64,000 nt of DNA from Candidatus Babeliaceae bacterium. GTDB lineage: Bacteria; Babelota; Babeliae; Babelales; Babelaceae. Numbering within the stretch: the first letter of the stretch is position 1; the number at the start of each line of letters is the position of its first letter. The translations under genes were made by a program, and so were the position numbers. The DNA lies in NCBI GenBank assembly GCA_016933915.1, contig JAFFZZ010000069.1, positions 71-64,070 on the forward strand. The letters are read 5' to 3'. Positions 37,497 to 47,298 of the stretch are shown piece by piece. The notes beneath the pieces are model-generated. The model had not been told where the DNA came from, made no database searches, and worked only from the letters and a program-made list of their open reading frames with translations.

Positions 37497-37910
37497 ATGA
37501 GAAGGCGTAGATTGTTTACGATTCCTGGGGAAGAGCCCCAGATAACGTTAACTCCGCTCATTGATACGGTTCTCGTATTACTGATCACCTTCATGATAGC
37601 AATGCCGGTGATGCATAATATCTTAAATATTGAGTTGCCAAGCAGTTCATCGGATGATGCGCAAGGCGATAAATTACAGGGAGTCACCGTATTCCTGGAT
37701 AGAGACCGCCACCTATGGGTCAATGAGAAAGAGATTGCCCGTGCAGATTTGACACCAGAAGTTGAGCGTATTTTAGGCGCTGCTCGGGATCAGGTTGTTA
37801 TCGTGAAGGCCGATAGGCTTGTTCCGTACGGTGAGGTGGCTGGAATTGTCGATGATATCAAATACCTCGGTGGAGTGCACTATGTCGCTCTTGCAACGGA
37901 GCATGCATGA
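37497..37910 (+). CDS. tolR: TolR/ExbD-family protein
   Basis: The ATG at 37497 follows the SD AGGGGG. ITLTPLIDTVLVLLITFM is the ExbD TM signature. Confidence 0.8.
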   Translation: MRRRRLFTIPGEEPQITLTPLIDTVLVLLITFMIAMPVMHNILNIELPSSSSDDAQGDKLQGVTVFLDRDRHLWVNEKEIARADLTPEVERILGAARDQVVIVKADRLVPYGEVAGIVDDIKYLGGVHYVALATEHA

Positions 37911-38970
37911 TTTTGAGCGAGAAGCTCGTTTAAATGCGCTTTCCTGGGCATTTGCTTTGTATATGGCGATACTCTGGGGGTTGCTTTCTCTTTATGATTG
38001 GCGTGCCGATGTAGTAGTTGTACGGTTGGGACGTCGTTTATCACCCGCTTCTGTTCGTCTTACTTCTGGTAGTAAAAAGGAGAAAAGGCTTCTTCGTGAG
38101 AAAGGTGGGGGGCCGCATACGGGAAGAAAGCGTGGGAATGACCGGCGTAAGTTGCAAGAAAAATCGAGCGAAACAGAAATAGCAAAGAAGCGGCGGGCGG
38201 CGGAGCGAGAAGCAAAACGTCTTCGTGTCGAGCATGAGAAGTTGATGCGTGAACGTGAAGAGGCTAAAAAACGTGCATACGCTGTTCGCGAGCGGGAGCG
38301 AATGCAACAACGTGAGAAAGCAGCGCAGCAAAGGGCTGCCATTGAAAAAGAGCGCAAAGAGCAGGAGAGAGTCCGAGTAGCAGCGGCTCAGAAAAAACGA
38401 GAAGCTGAACGCCAAAAAATAAGAATGAAAGAGCAGTGTCGCGTTGCCGAAGAGGCACGTAAAGCGGAAGAGCGACGAAAATTGGTTACACAAAAAAAGT
38501 CGCGAGAAAAACAATTACAAAAGGCTACGCCCCCTAAAGAAGAGCTTCCTGTTGCTTCGGAAGATATTGATGAAAAGATCGTTGATTTAGAAAAGCGCAT
38601 TGTTGAGGTGGAAGAGACTGCTTCGGTTCAAGATTACAATGAAGAAACGGGCGGTGATGACTCTAGCGAAGAAGTCGTTACTCTTGGTGAAGATGCCGAC
38701 GGGGGAGAACTTTCGCGAGATGTTGCAGCGCTAATGCATGCCCTGGAGCGCGTATGGCGTCCGCCACGTGGACTAAGTGCACATCTTGCCGTAAGTGCTC
38801 GGGTGACGCTCGGAGGAAAAGGTACCGTTACTGAGGTGGTGCTTGAGAAAGAATCAGGAGTTCTTGCTTTTGATATGGCGGCGCGTGCGGCTTTGTGGCG
38901 GGTAACGTATCCAACGGGATTCTGGGGTAAATCGATAATCATCGTTTTTGGTGGCACCAGCAAAAAGTAG
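37882..38970 (+). CDS. TolA-like protein (TM anchor, long Lys/Glu/Arg-rich helix, TonB/TolA-type C-terminal domain)
   Basis: TM segment LSWAFALYMAILWGLLSLY, ~200 aa of charged repeats (EKERKEQERVRVAAAQKKREAERQK), and a C-terminus VSARVTLGGKGTVTEVVLEKESGVLAFDMAARAAL. The start is either 37882 or 37903 (the latter overlaps the tolR stop). Confidence 0.6.
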   Translation: MSLLQRSMHDFEREARLNALSWAFALYMAILWGLLSLYDWRADVVVVRLGRRLSPASVRLTSGSKKEKRLLREKGGGPHTGRKRGNDRRKLQEKSSETEIAKKRRAAEREAKRLRVEHEKLMREREEAKKRAYAVRERERMQQREKAAQQRAAIEKERKEQERVRVAAAQKKREAERQKIRMKEQCRVAEEARKAEERRKLVTQKKSREKQLQKATPPKEELPVASEDIDEKIVDLEKRIVEVEETASVQDYNEETGGDDSSEEVVTLGEDADGGELSRDVAALMHALERVWRPPRGLSAHLAVSARVTLGGKGTVTEVVLEKESGVLAFDMAARAALWRVTYPTGFWGKSIIIVFGGTSKK

Positions 38971-38975
38971 GGGGC

Positions 38976-40319
38976 TTGATGCGTGCGATTAGACAAATGC
39001 TTTTTTTAGGGGTGATTGCCGGCAGTTTTGCTGTGGCCGATGAATTGGTGATTCATGTCCCAAATCGACTTGATGGTTACAAAGATAGTGGTTGCCTTGA
39101 ACAAAAGGTAGCTTCTATGCGAATGTATCTCGGATATTGGCATCAAGGTCTTGTGGGAGCCAGCAGAAAATTTGCGTATGATCTTCGGGATTGCCTTCAA
39201 TTTGACAACCTTTTTGATGTTGAGTTGGATGCTCTGTCGAGTGCACCTGCCACGAAAGAAGCGATAACCGGACTTTTTTCGGGTGGGTTTGATGCTGCTC
39301 TTTTTATTGGGTATGACGGCGGTGACGAGAAGGCTGTTGAATGGCGGCTGTATGATACTCGGCAGGGAGCAATGATTGCGGGGCGTCGACTGGTGATAAA
39401 AGGTGATGAGCATGAAGCGGTGCTTGCGGTAGCTGAAATGGTGGTCAAGGGGCTCATGGGTGAAGCACCGCCGTTTTTATCGAAGATTGCCTTCGTTGAA
39501 AAAAAGAAGGGGGGGCGAGGAGCAGCTGTTCTTTCGGTTATTGGTGTCGACGGCAAAGGAATGCGCAAAATATTTGAGTCGTCGAGTCCTCTTGTTAGTC
39601 CGGTTTGGTTTCCTGATGGCAAAAAGCCGTTTGTAATTCTGTCGCAGTTCACCAGGAAAAATGTTTCTTTTGTTGGTGTTGATATGGCGGGAAAGCGGTA
39701 TCCATTGCACATCGTAAGTACCAATGCTTCGAAAAAGAAGTCGGGTGAAGGAACCTATGTGGGTCTTTCCTATGGAAATTCGGTTGCAGACGTAGCATTT
39801 GGAAGATCGGGTAAGATATGGCGGTATCATCCCGCTACTGGGGCAGAGCAGCTTAATGTTGGAAGTTTTCGTGTTTGTGCTTCTCCTAACTTGCTTCCTG
39901 ATGGCAGTATTATATTTTGTGCTGATGGTAAAATATATTTGTTTGACGTTCAGGAAAAAAAATCGCGTCTTTTGGTTGGTGGTGGCTTTTGCGTTGGACC
40001 TTCTTATACGCATAGTGAGCAATCTGTTGTTTTTTCAAAGCGAGTGAATCGGGTTATGCAGCTTTTTCTTCATAATTTGAGGACGGGGGAAACGCGACAA
40101 CTGACTCATGATTCTGGTAATAAAATTGATCCGAGTTGGTCACCCTGTGGGCAATACGTAGCATTCGCCTGGGAACAGGGGCCTCGTTGTCGTATCGGAG
40201 TTTTAAGCATTCGGTCAAGTCAGAGAAAAAATCCGTACTGGCTGGTGACTCCAGGGAATCTCTGTTGTATTAGTCCGTCTTGGTCTCCTCGATTTGAAGG
40301 AGGGCTTTTCCTCCCTTGA
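38976..40319 (+). CDS. tolB: TolB periplasmic beta-propeller protein
   Basis: Signal peptide MMRAIRQMLFLGVIAGSFAVA and propeller repeats (VSPVWFPDGK, ASPNLLPDGS, DPSWSPCGQYVAF, ISPSWSP). Its position after tolQRA supports the call. Confidence 0.75.
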   Translation: MMRAIRQMLFLGVIAGSFAVADELVIHVPNRLDGYKDSGCLEQKVASMRMYLGYWHQGLVGASRKFAYDLRDCLQFDNLFDVELDALSSAPATKEAITGLFSGGFDAALFIGYDGGDEKAVEWRLYDTRQGAMIAGRRLVIKGDEHEAVLAVAEMVVKGLMGEAPPFLSKIAFVEKKKGGRGAAVLSVIGVDGKGMRKIFESSSPLVSPVWFPDGKKPFVILSQFTRKNVSFVGVDMAGKRYPLHIVSTNASKKKSGEGTYVGLSYGNSVADVAFGRSGKIWRYHPATGAEQLNVGSFRVCASPNLLPDGSIIFCADGKIYLFDVQEKKSRLLVGGGFCVGPSYTHSEQSVVFSKRVNRVMQLFLHNLRTGETRQLTHDSGNKIDPSWSPCGQYVAFAWEQGPRCRIGVLSIRSSQRKNPYWLVTPGNLCCISPSWSPRFEGGLFLP

Positions 40320-40324
40320 ATTAT

Positions 40325-40354
40325 TCGACAAGTCCGTAGATTTAATGTTATACT
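40325..40354 (+). promoter_or_regulatory. Sigma70-type promoter for ftsH
   Basis: TCGACA (40325-40330), an 18-nt spacer, then TATACT (40349-40354). Confidence 0.45.
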
Positions 40355-40420
40355 TTCAGTGAGATGATCTATCTGAAATGAAAAAAGTGAGTAAGTTTTA
40401 ACAAATTACAGGTTTTTTCT

Positions 40421-43048
40421 ATGAAAATGAAAAATAAATGGGGGAAGCTGAAAGGCTCCCCACGCAATATCCTGATATTTCTGGCCTTTTTCGCCGCGAG
40501 TCTTTTTGTACTGACTCGACTTGCTGAGCAGGGGCAGGGAACTAAACCTCTCTCATATTCCGAATTTTTGGCTAGCGTTGAGCGCGGAGAGGTTGAATCT
40601 GTCCACGTAGCCGGTTCTCAGGCATTTGGCAAATTGAAAGATGGTAAGCGTTTTGAGGCTACTATTGCTGAAAACCCGAAAAACTGGGATCTCTTGCGGG
40701 AGCACAAGGTGGCGTTTTCGGTAGCTGAACCTGAAGGCTCCTTTGGGTTTGGGTATCTCTTTGTCATTCTTGTTGTTGGCGCTGTTCTCCTTCTTATCTG
40801 GTACGGTATTCGTCAGATTCGTGGTTCCGGTGGTTCGAGTGATATTTTTGATATCAAGAAGAGCAAGGCGCGTATGTTCCTACCGGCCCAGGTCAAGGTA
40901 AAATTCGATGATGTTGCTGGGGCTGATGAGGCGAAGCAAGAGTTGCAGGATATTGTTGATTTTCTTAAAAATCCATTAAAGTACCGAAAGCTTGGTGCCG
41001 AGCTGCCACGAGGGATTCTTCTTGTTGGTGAGCCTGGTAATGGTAAAACGCTTCTCGCCAAAGCTGTTGCTGGAGAGGCAAACTGTCCCTTTTTCAGTGT
41101 AACCGGATCTGATTTTATAGAGGTTTTCGTGGGGGTGGGTGCAGCTCGTATACGTGACCTCTTTAATGAGGCGCGAAAACATGCGCCATGTATTGTCTTT
41201 GTCGATGAGATTGATGCCATAGGCCGACGCCGTGGTAGCGGTCTCGGCGGTGGTCATGATGAGCGTGAGCATGCATTGAATCAGCTTTTGACTGAGATGG
41301 ACGGGTTTGCAAGTGCCGATACCCCGATAATAGTTATTGCAGCAACAAATATGCCAAGTGTTCTCGATCGTGCCCTTCTCCGTTCTGGCCGTTTTGACCG
41401 GCGGGTAACAGTGCCGTTTCCTGATGAACAGGCGCGACGACGTCTCGTTGAGATTTATACTCGTAAAGTTCAGCTTGCACCTGACGTTGATGTGGACAAG
41501 ATTGTTAAAGAGAGTGCTGGTTTTAGCGGCTCTGATCTCACCAACTGTGTGAATCAGGCGGCAATAAATGCTTCGAAGAATGGGCGAGATCAGGTGACGC
41601 AGGAAGACTTTAACGTTGCTTTTAATAAGTTGATTGAATCGCAAAAAGCGAGCCGCAACGAGCATAAAACAACCGGTGAAGAAGAGGGTACGGCGCGTGT
41701 TTATATGCCTTCTCAGATCAAAGTTAGGTTTTCTGATGTTGCTGGTGCCGAAGAGGCTAAGGAAGAGCTTTGCGATTTTATCGATTATTTGAAAGACCCG
41801 GAAAAGTATAAAAAAATTGGTGCAAAATTAACTAAGGGGATTCTCTTAGTTGGTGATCCGGGTAACGGGAAGACGTTGCTTGCCCGTGCGGTTGCGGGGG
41901 AAGCTGGCCGTCCATTCTTTAGTGCAAGTGGTTCCGAGTTTATCGAAAAGTATGTTGGGGTGGGTGCGGCGCGAGTTCGTGATCTTTTTGCGCAGGCACG
42001 TCGTCTTGCACCAAGCATCATTTTTATTGATGAGATAGATGCTATTGGTCGCCGCCGTGATGGCGATGGTGGTCATATGGAGCATAGCCAGACGCTTAAT
42101 CAGCTTCTTACTGAAATGGATGGTTTTGAGACCTCCGGCGCGTCGGTTATTGTGATGGCCGCGACAAACCGTCCTGATGTCCTTGATAAAGCTTTAACGC
42201 GTGCTGGACGATTTGATCGTCAGGTTAACGTGCCGTATCCAGATTTGAATGCCCGTAAAGGGATTCTTGATATTCATGTTCGTGGGGTAAAGCTTGCGGA
42301 AGAGGCAGATCTTGAGAAGATTGCTCGGGGAACTTCTGGTTTCAGTGGTGCTGATCTTGAAAATCTGGTTAATGAAGCTGCGATTAATGCTATCCGCGGG
42401 AATCGTGAAGAGATTGTTATGGCGGATTTTGAAGAGGCGCGAGATAAGATTTTGATGGGTAAACGCTCGAAATCGATGATTCAAACACCTGAAGATTTGC
42501 AGGCGACGGCTTACCATGAGGCTGGCCATGCATTGATGACGCTCTTGCAGCCGGATGTGACGGATCCGTTGCATAAAGTAACCATTGCGCCGCGGGGTAG
42601 AGCGCTCGGTTTTTCTGCAAGTTTGCCTGAGCGTGACCGGTATGCTCATAGCAAGGAAGAGCTTGTTGCTAAGATTATGGTTATGTTAGGTGGCCGTATT
42701 GGAGAAGAAATTGGTATTGGGCGGCAATTTACGGGGGTAACCTCTGATTTTGCGCGAGCGTCTGATATGGCGCGACGTATGGTGCGTGAGTATGGTATGT
42801 CGGAGACGTTGGGGCCCGTCTCGTACGTCAATAAGGGCGATTATTCGGAGGAAACTGCATCTAAAGTTGATGAAGAAGTGCGGCTCTTGCTTATTCGCTG
42901 CTATGAGCAAGCGAAGTCGATGATTATGACCAACAAAGATAAGTTGGAAAAGTTGACTCAGGCGCTTCTCGCCAAAGAGACGCTTGAAGCGGATGAGATA
43001 TATGACCTTTTGGGTATTGCTCCGCGAACGTATCATAAGTTGGCGTAA
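40421..43048 (+). CDS. ftsH: FtsH-family membrane metalloprotease with duplicated AAA+ module (TM-peri-TM-AAA-AAA-M41)
   Basis: Two TM segments are present. AAA-1 spans aa ~155-410 ([24 protein letters not shown]). AAA-2 spans aa ~428-680 ([24 protein letters not shown]). The zinc site HEAGH lies at nt 42515-42529. The whole is one uninterrupted 875-aa ORF. Confidence 0.9.
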   Translation: MKMKNKWGKLKGSPRNILIFLAFFAASLFVLTRLAEQGQGTKPLSYSEFLASVERGEVESVHVAGSQAFGKLKDGKRFEATIAENPKNWDLLREHKVAFSVAEPEGSFGFGYLFVILVVGAVLLLIWYGIRQIRGSGGSSDIFDIKKSKARMFLPAQVKVKFDDVAGADEAKQELQDIVDFLKNPLKYRKLGAELPRGILLVGEPGNGKTLLAKAVAGEANCPFFSVTGSDFIEVFVGVGAARIRDLFNEARKHAPCIVFVDEIDAIGRRRGSGLGGGHDEREHALNQLLTEMDGFASADTPIIVIAATNMPSVLDRALLRSGRFDRRVTVPFPDEQARRRLVEIYTRKVQLAPDVDVDKIVKESAGFSGSDLTNCVNQAAINASKNGRDQVTQEDFNVAFNKLIESQKASRNEHKTTGEEEGTARVYMPSQIKVRFSDVAGAEEAKEELCDFIDYLKDPEKYKKIGAKLTKGILLVGDPGNGKTLLARAVAGEAGRPFFSASGSEFIEKYVGVGAARVRDLFAQARRLAPSIIFIDEIDAIGRRRDGDGGHMEHSQTLNQLLTEMDGFETSGASVIVMAATNRPDVLDKALTRAGRFDRQVNVPYPDLNARKGILDIHVRGVKLAEEADLEKIARGTSGFSGADLENLVNEAAINAIRGNREEIVMADFEEARDKILMGKRSKSMIQTPEDLQATAYHEAGHALMTLLQPDVTDPLHKVTIAPRGRALGFSASLPERDRYAHSKEELVAKIMVMLGGRIGEEIGIGRQFTGVTSDFARASDMARRMVREYGMSETLGPVSYVNKGDYSEETASKVDEEVRLLLIRCYEQAKSMIMTNKDKLEKLTQALLAKETLEADEIYDLLGIAPRTYHKLA

Positions 43049-43134
43049 GTTAAAAAGATCGAATTGAAAAATATATTGGTTGTTGTACAATGAAAGAACT
43101 TAGACAGTAAAGTTACGTTGAGGATAGGAATAGC

Positions 43135-43338
43135 ATGTCACACATCTGTGCCTGTTGCGGTAAGCGGCCACGCGTTGTCAACAACGTAAGCCACGCACAT
43201 AATAAAGTTAAAAAATGGGTGTACCCAAATGTGCATCGTATGCGCTTTGTTTTTTCCGATGATCCATCGGGCAAAGTTCATGTTGGGGCGGTTTGCACCA
43301 AATGTCGTAAGTGCAACCATGTCCGCAAAGTACTCTAA
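43135..43338 (+). CDS. rpmB: 50S ribosomal protein L28
   Basis: MSHICACCGKRPRVVNNVSHAHNKVKKWVYPNV matches the L28 N-terminal signature. Confidence 0.9.
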   Translation: MSHICACCGKRPRVVNNVSHAHNKVKKWVYPNVHRMRFVFSDDPSGKVHVGAVCTKCRKCNHVRKVL

Positions 43339-43354
43339 GTAGAGAAGGGTTCGC

Positions 43355-43636
43355 ATGGCAAATACAAAATCTGCTAAAAAAAATATTCGTAAAAACGAAA
43401 AGCGTCGTTTAGTTAATATAGCGCGTCAGACAGCCTTGAAGACTGCAGTTAAGAAGGTTTCTGCCGCCCTTGAAACAGGCGCAAAAAAGTTGTCGCTCGA
43501 TGAGCTTTTGAGCTCAGCGGCTTCGCAACTTGGTCGTGCCAAAGGTAAAGGTACCATTCACGCAAATGCTGCGGCGCGCAAAATAAGCCGCTTGGCGAAG
43601 AAGGTCGCTCAAGCACAGCGTAGTACTGGGGCGTAA
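43355..43636 (+). CDS. rpsT: 30S ribosomal protein S20
   Basis: MANTKSAKKNIRKNEKRRLVNIARQTALKTAVKKV matches the S20 signature. Confidence 0.9.
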   Translation: MANTKSAKKNIRKNEKRRLVNIARQTALKTAVKKVSAALETGAKKLSLDELLSSAASQLGRAKGKGTIHANAAARKISRLAKKVAQAQRSTGA

Positions 43637-43754
43637 ATACAGTTCTTGTGCTTTTGACTCAGTAGCCGTTTACTTTCTTCAAAACAACTTCTTCATCGAA
43701 GCAAAAGGAGTCTGTGGCGAAGGAGTTAGCGAGCAAAGACGATCAAAATTGAAA

Positions 43755-43787
43755 AGAGCTCCCGTTAATCGCGGGAGCTCTTTTTTT
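43755..43787. terminator. Bidirectional rho-independent terminator between rpsT and the PBP2 gene
   Basis: AAAA, AGAGCTCCCG (43755-43764), a 7-nt loop, CGGGAGCTCT (43772-43781), then TTTTTT. The A-run on one side and the T-run on the other serve both convergent genes. Confidence 0.75.
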
Positions 43788-43817
43788 GTTGGCTTTTACG
43801 GTTTTTCTTATTTTGTC

Positions 43818-45665
43818 TTAATCAGGGATTTTTTGTCCAATATTTGTCAGGACAGCGTCGATTTCTTTCAGTGTTTTTTCTTTCCCGCCTGAAGAGAGGA
43901 AGGTTGTCTGAGAAGAACGAATAGTATGGTTTTCAATGGGAGGTTTTTGGGCTTTTTTTTCAGCTTGTTTTTTATATTCAGTGAAGAATTTTTTGGCCAA
44001 AGCCGTTGCTACCCGTGATGAGCCGGTGTTTTCTATAAGAATGACAAGGACGATTGGTTGGTTATTTTTATAGCTGCCGTATCCAGCGAACCAACCGTGC
44101 GGTAGGAATTTTTTGCCCTGTGTCTCTCTGTTTAAAATTGTCGTCTGTGCTGTTCCTGTTTTTGCATATAACTCAAAGTCTGTAAGGGAGCTCAATGCAT
44201 AACCCGTACCCCTTTTTATCATCTGGCTCATTGATTTCATGAGAAACTTTCGTGTTCGGGGTGATAGGGTAACTGGTTGTTTATCAATAGATTCTTCGAG
44301 CAGGATCCGTGGACGAACAAGTGATCCGGTACAGATTGCTCCAGTCATTCGTGCAATCTGAAGCGGGGTGACGAGGGTGTAACTTTGGCCAATTGCTACC
44401 TGCATTGTTTCACCTTTCCACCATGATTGACGAAATTTTTTTCGTTTCCATGCTGCTGTTGGAATCAAGCCTCTGCCCTCGGCAAAGAGGATCCCTGTTG
44501 GGGATCCGAGTCCTAGTTGCTGTGCGTAGCGAGCGAGAATGTCTACCGAGAGTCGTTTTCCGATTTCATAACAAGGAATATTACATGAGACAGCGAGGGC
44601 GGTGTATGGATCGAGAGTGCCATGCCCTGCGCGGCGATTACAATGGTAGATACGCCCCCCGTACTCTATACTTCCGGTGCAATTCCAGCATGTCCCTTGC
44701 TCAAAGACGACATTCTCTTCAAGCCCCGCTGCCATGGTTACCAGCTTGAAAAGCGATGCGGGCGGGTAACTACTGAGAGCTCGGTTGATGAAAGGCCGCT
44801 TTCTTTTACACTGTTCCCACGTATCAATACTAATAGGTCCAATGAACATATTTGGATCAAATGTTGGGCGCGATATCATTGCGAGAATGTCACCACAGAG
44901 TGGATCCATAACGATGATGGCACCATCTTGCTCCTCATCCATAAGTCTCTCTACGATGAGTTGAAGATCGAAATCGATGGTTGTTTGTAATGGTCGTCCC
45001 GCTTGTGCTGCTTCTACTTCACGAGAAATCAAAAGTTTGCCGCATGAGTTGACCATATTTTCGCGGGCACCTGGTTGTCCTCGTAATTGTTCTTCGAATA
45101 GCTTTTCGAGACCGAGTGTTCCTGCTCGATGGTGTTCAGTATCTCTGAAATAACCAAGGATGTGGCTTGCAACTGTCCCGTGGGGATAATAACGAGTTGC
45201 TGTTGTTACGACTGCAAGATTGGCGCAGGCCGGGAATTGCTCCATGATGATACCAAGGCGTTCAAATGAGAGATCTTCGATAAGTGTGTACTCTTTACAA
45301 CGTCCTTCAGCTTCAAGGAGATCGTTGTCGCCAAGAAGGGAAATGTTGAGTACTCGTTCAATCGAACGGAGAAGTTCAAGTTGATCATTCGATAATTTTT
45401 TTTTACCGGTACCGCGCCAAACAAGACGCGCTACCGGACGGTTGGTGGCAAGAAGACGACCATGACGATCTAGAATAGCACCACGTGGTGAGGTGATTTT
45501 TTCATATCGAAGAAAGTTGCGGCGGCTATGCTTACGAAATGTATCGGCGTGATAAATCTGAAAATATACGAGTGCAAGTCCTATTGAGGTGCAGAGAATG
45601 ATTATGAAGAGTCCGATAAGGCGGAGCCGATTTTTGACCAGATAGGTTGGTGGCAATCTTTTCAT
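43818..45665 (-). CDS. mrdA: Penicillin-binding protein 2-type peptidoglycan D,D-transpeptidase (PBP2/FtsI family)
   Basis: N-terminal TM anchor, PRGAILDRHGRLLATNRP, and the transpeptidase motifs SLFK (SxxK), SCN (SxN) and KTGTA. I cannot separate PBP2 from FtsI by eye. Confidence 0.75.
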   Translation of the reverse strand: MKRLPPTYLVKNRLRLIGLFIIILCTSIGLALVYFQIYHADTFRKHSRRNFLRYEKITSPRGAILDRHGRLLATNRPVARLVWRGTGKKKLSNDQLELLRSIERVLNISLLGDNDLLEAEGRCKEYTLIEDLSFERLGIIMEQFPACANLAVVTTATRYYPHGTVASHILGYFRDTEHHRAGTLGLEKLFEEQLRGQPGARENMVNSCGKLLISREVEAAQAGRPLQTTIDFDLQLIVERLMDEEQDGAIIVMDPLCGDILAMISRPTFDPNMFIGPISIDTWEQCKRKRPFINRALSSYPPASLFKLVTMAAGLEENVVFEQGTCWNCTGSIEYGGRIYHCNRRAGHGTLDPYTALAVSCNIPCYEIGKRLSVDILARYAQQLGLGSPTGILFAEGRGLIPTAAWKRKKFRQSWWKGETMQVAIGQSYTLVTPLQIARMTGAICTGSLVRPRILLEESIDKQPVTLSPRTRKFLMKSMSQMIKRGTGYALSSLTDFELYAKTGTAQTTILNRETQGKKFLPHGWFAGYGSYKNNQPIVLVILIENTGSSRVATALAKKFFTEYKKQAEKKAQKPPIENHTIRSSQTTFLSSGGKEKTLKEIDAVLTNIGQKIPD

Positions 45666-46498
45666 CGAAGATAGCGCTCCGTGCTAATGCGGGTTGTATG
45701 ACCGAGTAATTTTTGCACTGTTGCGAGATCTGCCCCTTGTTCAAGAAGATGAGTTGCGAATGAGTGGCGGAGTATCTGGGGGGTGAGCCTTTGCTTTGGA
45801 AGAAGTTTGCCGAATGCGTTACAAATACGTTGAATAGATCGCGCCGTTAGTGGTTCACCGCGTTGGTTTAAGAATAGAAATTCTTCATTGCTTTCAGGAT
45901 GAGGTCGTTCTTTGATGAGATAATGAGTAAGCTGTTCCGCTGCTTTGGGTCCAAAGAATACTGTTCGTGGTGTACGCCTACCAGAGCGAATAAGTAGTGT
46001 CTTTTGTGCGATATCAAGATTTATCAGCTGCAAGTTGGCAAGTTCTGCGCTTTTTATACCGGTGGCATACAAAAGTTCAAGAATAGATTTATCGCGATGT
46101 GGGACATTGGTTGGGAGTTGATCATCTGGAATTTGATCGAGAATAAGTACAAGGGAGTGAATTGAAATAATTTCAGGTTTTTTAGCGGGAACCAGGGGCC
46201 GTGCGAGTGCTGTTTTTTGGTCAGGTTGCACGAAGAGTAGGAATGAGTTGAGACATGAAGTTTTGCGTGCGATAGTGCTAGCTTTCATTTTGCTGCGTAC
46301 GAGCTCTTTTTTGTAAAGTGTAAATGTTTTAACAAATGGAAGTTTTGTTTTTTTTTCTGTTTCTTTGTTTTGCCAAAATCTAAAGAAAAGTGTCAGGTCG
46401 GCTTCATATGCGCGACACGTGTGTGTCGATCTCCCTTGATTTTCTTTGAGAAAGTGAATAAATGGAGAAATGGATTGCAGCAACGTTTCCTGTTCCAT
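45662..46498 (-). CDS. Tyrosine recombinase, XerC/XerD family
   Basis: N-terminal SAM-like segment FLKENQGRSTHTCRAYEADLTLFF. Catalytic C-terminus RHSFATHLLEQGADLATVQKLLGH...TERYLR. Its stop overlaps the PBP2 start by 4 nt. Confidence 0.8.
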   Translation of the reverse strand: MEQETLLQSISPFIHFLKENQGRSTHTCRAYEADLTLFFRFWQNKETEKKTKLPFVKTFTLYKKELVRSKMKASTIARKTSCLNSFLLFVQPDQKTALARPLVPAKKPEIISIHSLVLILDQIPDDQLPTNVPHRDKSILELLYATGIKSAELANLQLINLDIAQKTLLIRSGRRTPRTVFFGPKAAEQLTHYLIKERPHPESNEEFLFLNQRGEPLTARSIQRICNAFGKLLPKQRLTPQILRHSFATHLLEQGADLATVQKLLGHTTRISTERYLR

Positions 46499-46614
46499 TG
46501 TGCCTCCGGAGCTAGCGAATACATCAGGTTATTACTAAGCAAGCGTAACAATTTTTATTCTGTGCAGAAATAGTTTTTAATTACTTTCACTTAACTTTTT
46601 TAATATACAATTGT

Positions 46615-47298
46615 ATGAGGCCGACTGAAATAAATAATGAAAGGGAATGTGGCGTGAAAAACAAAGGTGTTCATCTTCTTGATTGTATGCAAAAGCTTGT
46701 GGCTTTATATCCACAGCCGCTTGTGGTCAGGCTTGTAAAGGAGAATGCCTCACCATTCCTTGTTCTGTTGGCAACTATACTTAGTTCACGATCGCGTGAC
46801 ATAGTTATCGAAAAGGTTGTTGTACAATTGCGGCAGTATGTTGCTACACCAGAGGATATAATTCAGATGCAGATGGATACGCTTGAAAGTATAATTAGGC
46901 CGGTTGGTCTCTATCGAACAAAAGCACGTGCCGTGCGTTCTCTTTCAAAAGAAATTGGGGAGCGGTTTGGTGGCGTAGTCCCGTCGGTTGAAAAAGATCT
47001 CCTTTCGCTACCTGGTGTTGGTTTGAAAACAGCACACCTGGTACAGGCTGAGGTTTTTGGTATCCCTGCAGTTTGTGTTGACACACATGTTTCTCGTATT
47101 GCGCGGCACCTGGGATTAACTAAAGGGACAGATCCTATTGCTGTCGAGAGAGATTTGCGATGTTTTTTTCCAGAAGATCTATGGATTATGGTTAACCGTA
47201 TTTTTGTTCCCTGGGGCCAGTTTATTTGTCCACCGCGATCAAGAAAATGTTGTTGTAGGGATGCTCTTGCTAGGCAATGTGGAACTTATCCCGTTTAG
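46615..47298 (+). CDS. nth: Endonuclease III (DNA glycosylase/AP lyase)
   Basis: HhH-GPD motif LLSLPGVGLKTAHLV, VDTHVSRIARHLGL, and a C-terminal Cys cluster CPPRSRKCCCRDALARQC whose spacing is not canonical. Confidence 0.8.
   Translation: MRPTEINNERECGVKNKGVHLLDCMQKLVALYPQPLVVRLVKENASPFLVLLATILSSRSRDIVIEKVVVQLRQYVATPEDIIQMQMDTLESIIRPVGLYRTKARAVRSLSKEIGERFGGVVPSVEKDLLSLPGVGLKTAHLVQAEVFGIPAVCVDTHVSRIARHLGLTKGTDPIAVERDLRCFFPEDLWIMVNRIFVPWGQFICPPRSRKCCCRDALARQCGTYPV

Noticed and set aside
37992-38996. A cluster of minus-strand ORFs (64-157 aa) overlapping the tolA-like gene.
   Set aside because: They are antisense artefacts of the purine-rich Lys/Glu/Arg repeat region. The plus-strand frame has a TM anchor and a TonB/TolA-like C-terminal domain and fits the tol operon order.
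45662-46498. Tyrosine recombinase considered as the integrase of a mobile element.
   Set aside because: There is no adjacent tRNA, flanking direct repeats or cargo genes. The N- and C-terminal motifs fit XerC/XerD, and the gene is translationally coupled to a core cell-wall gene.
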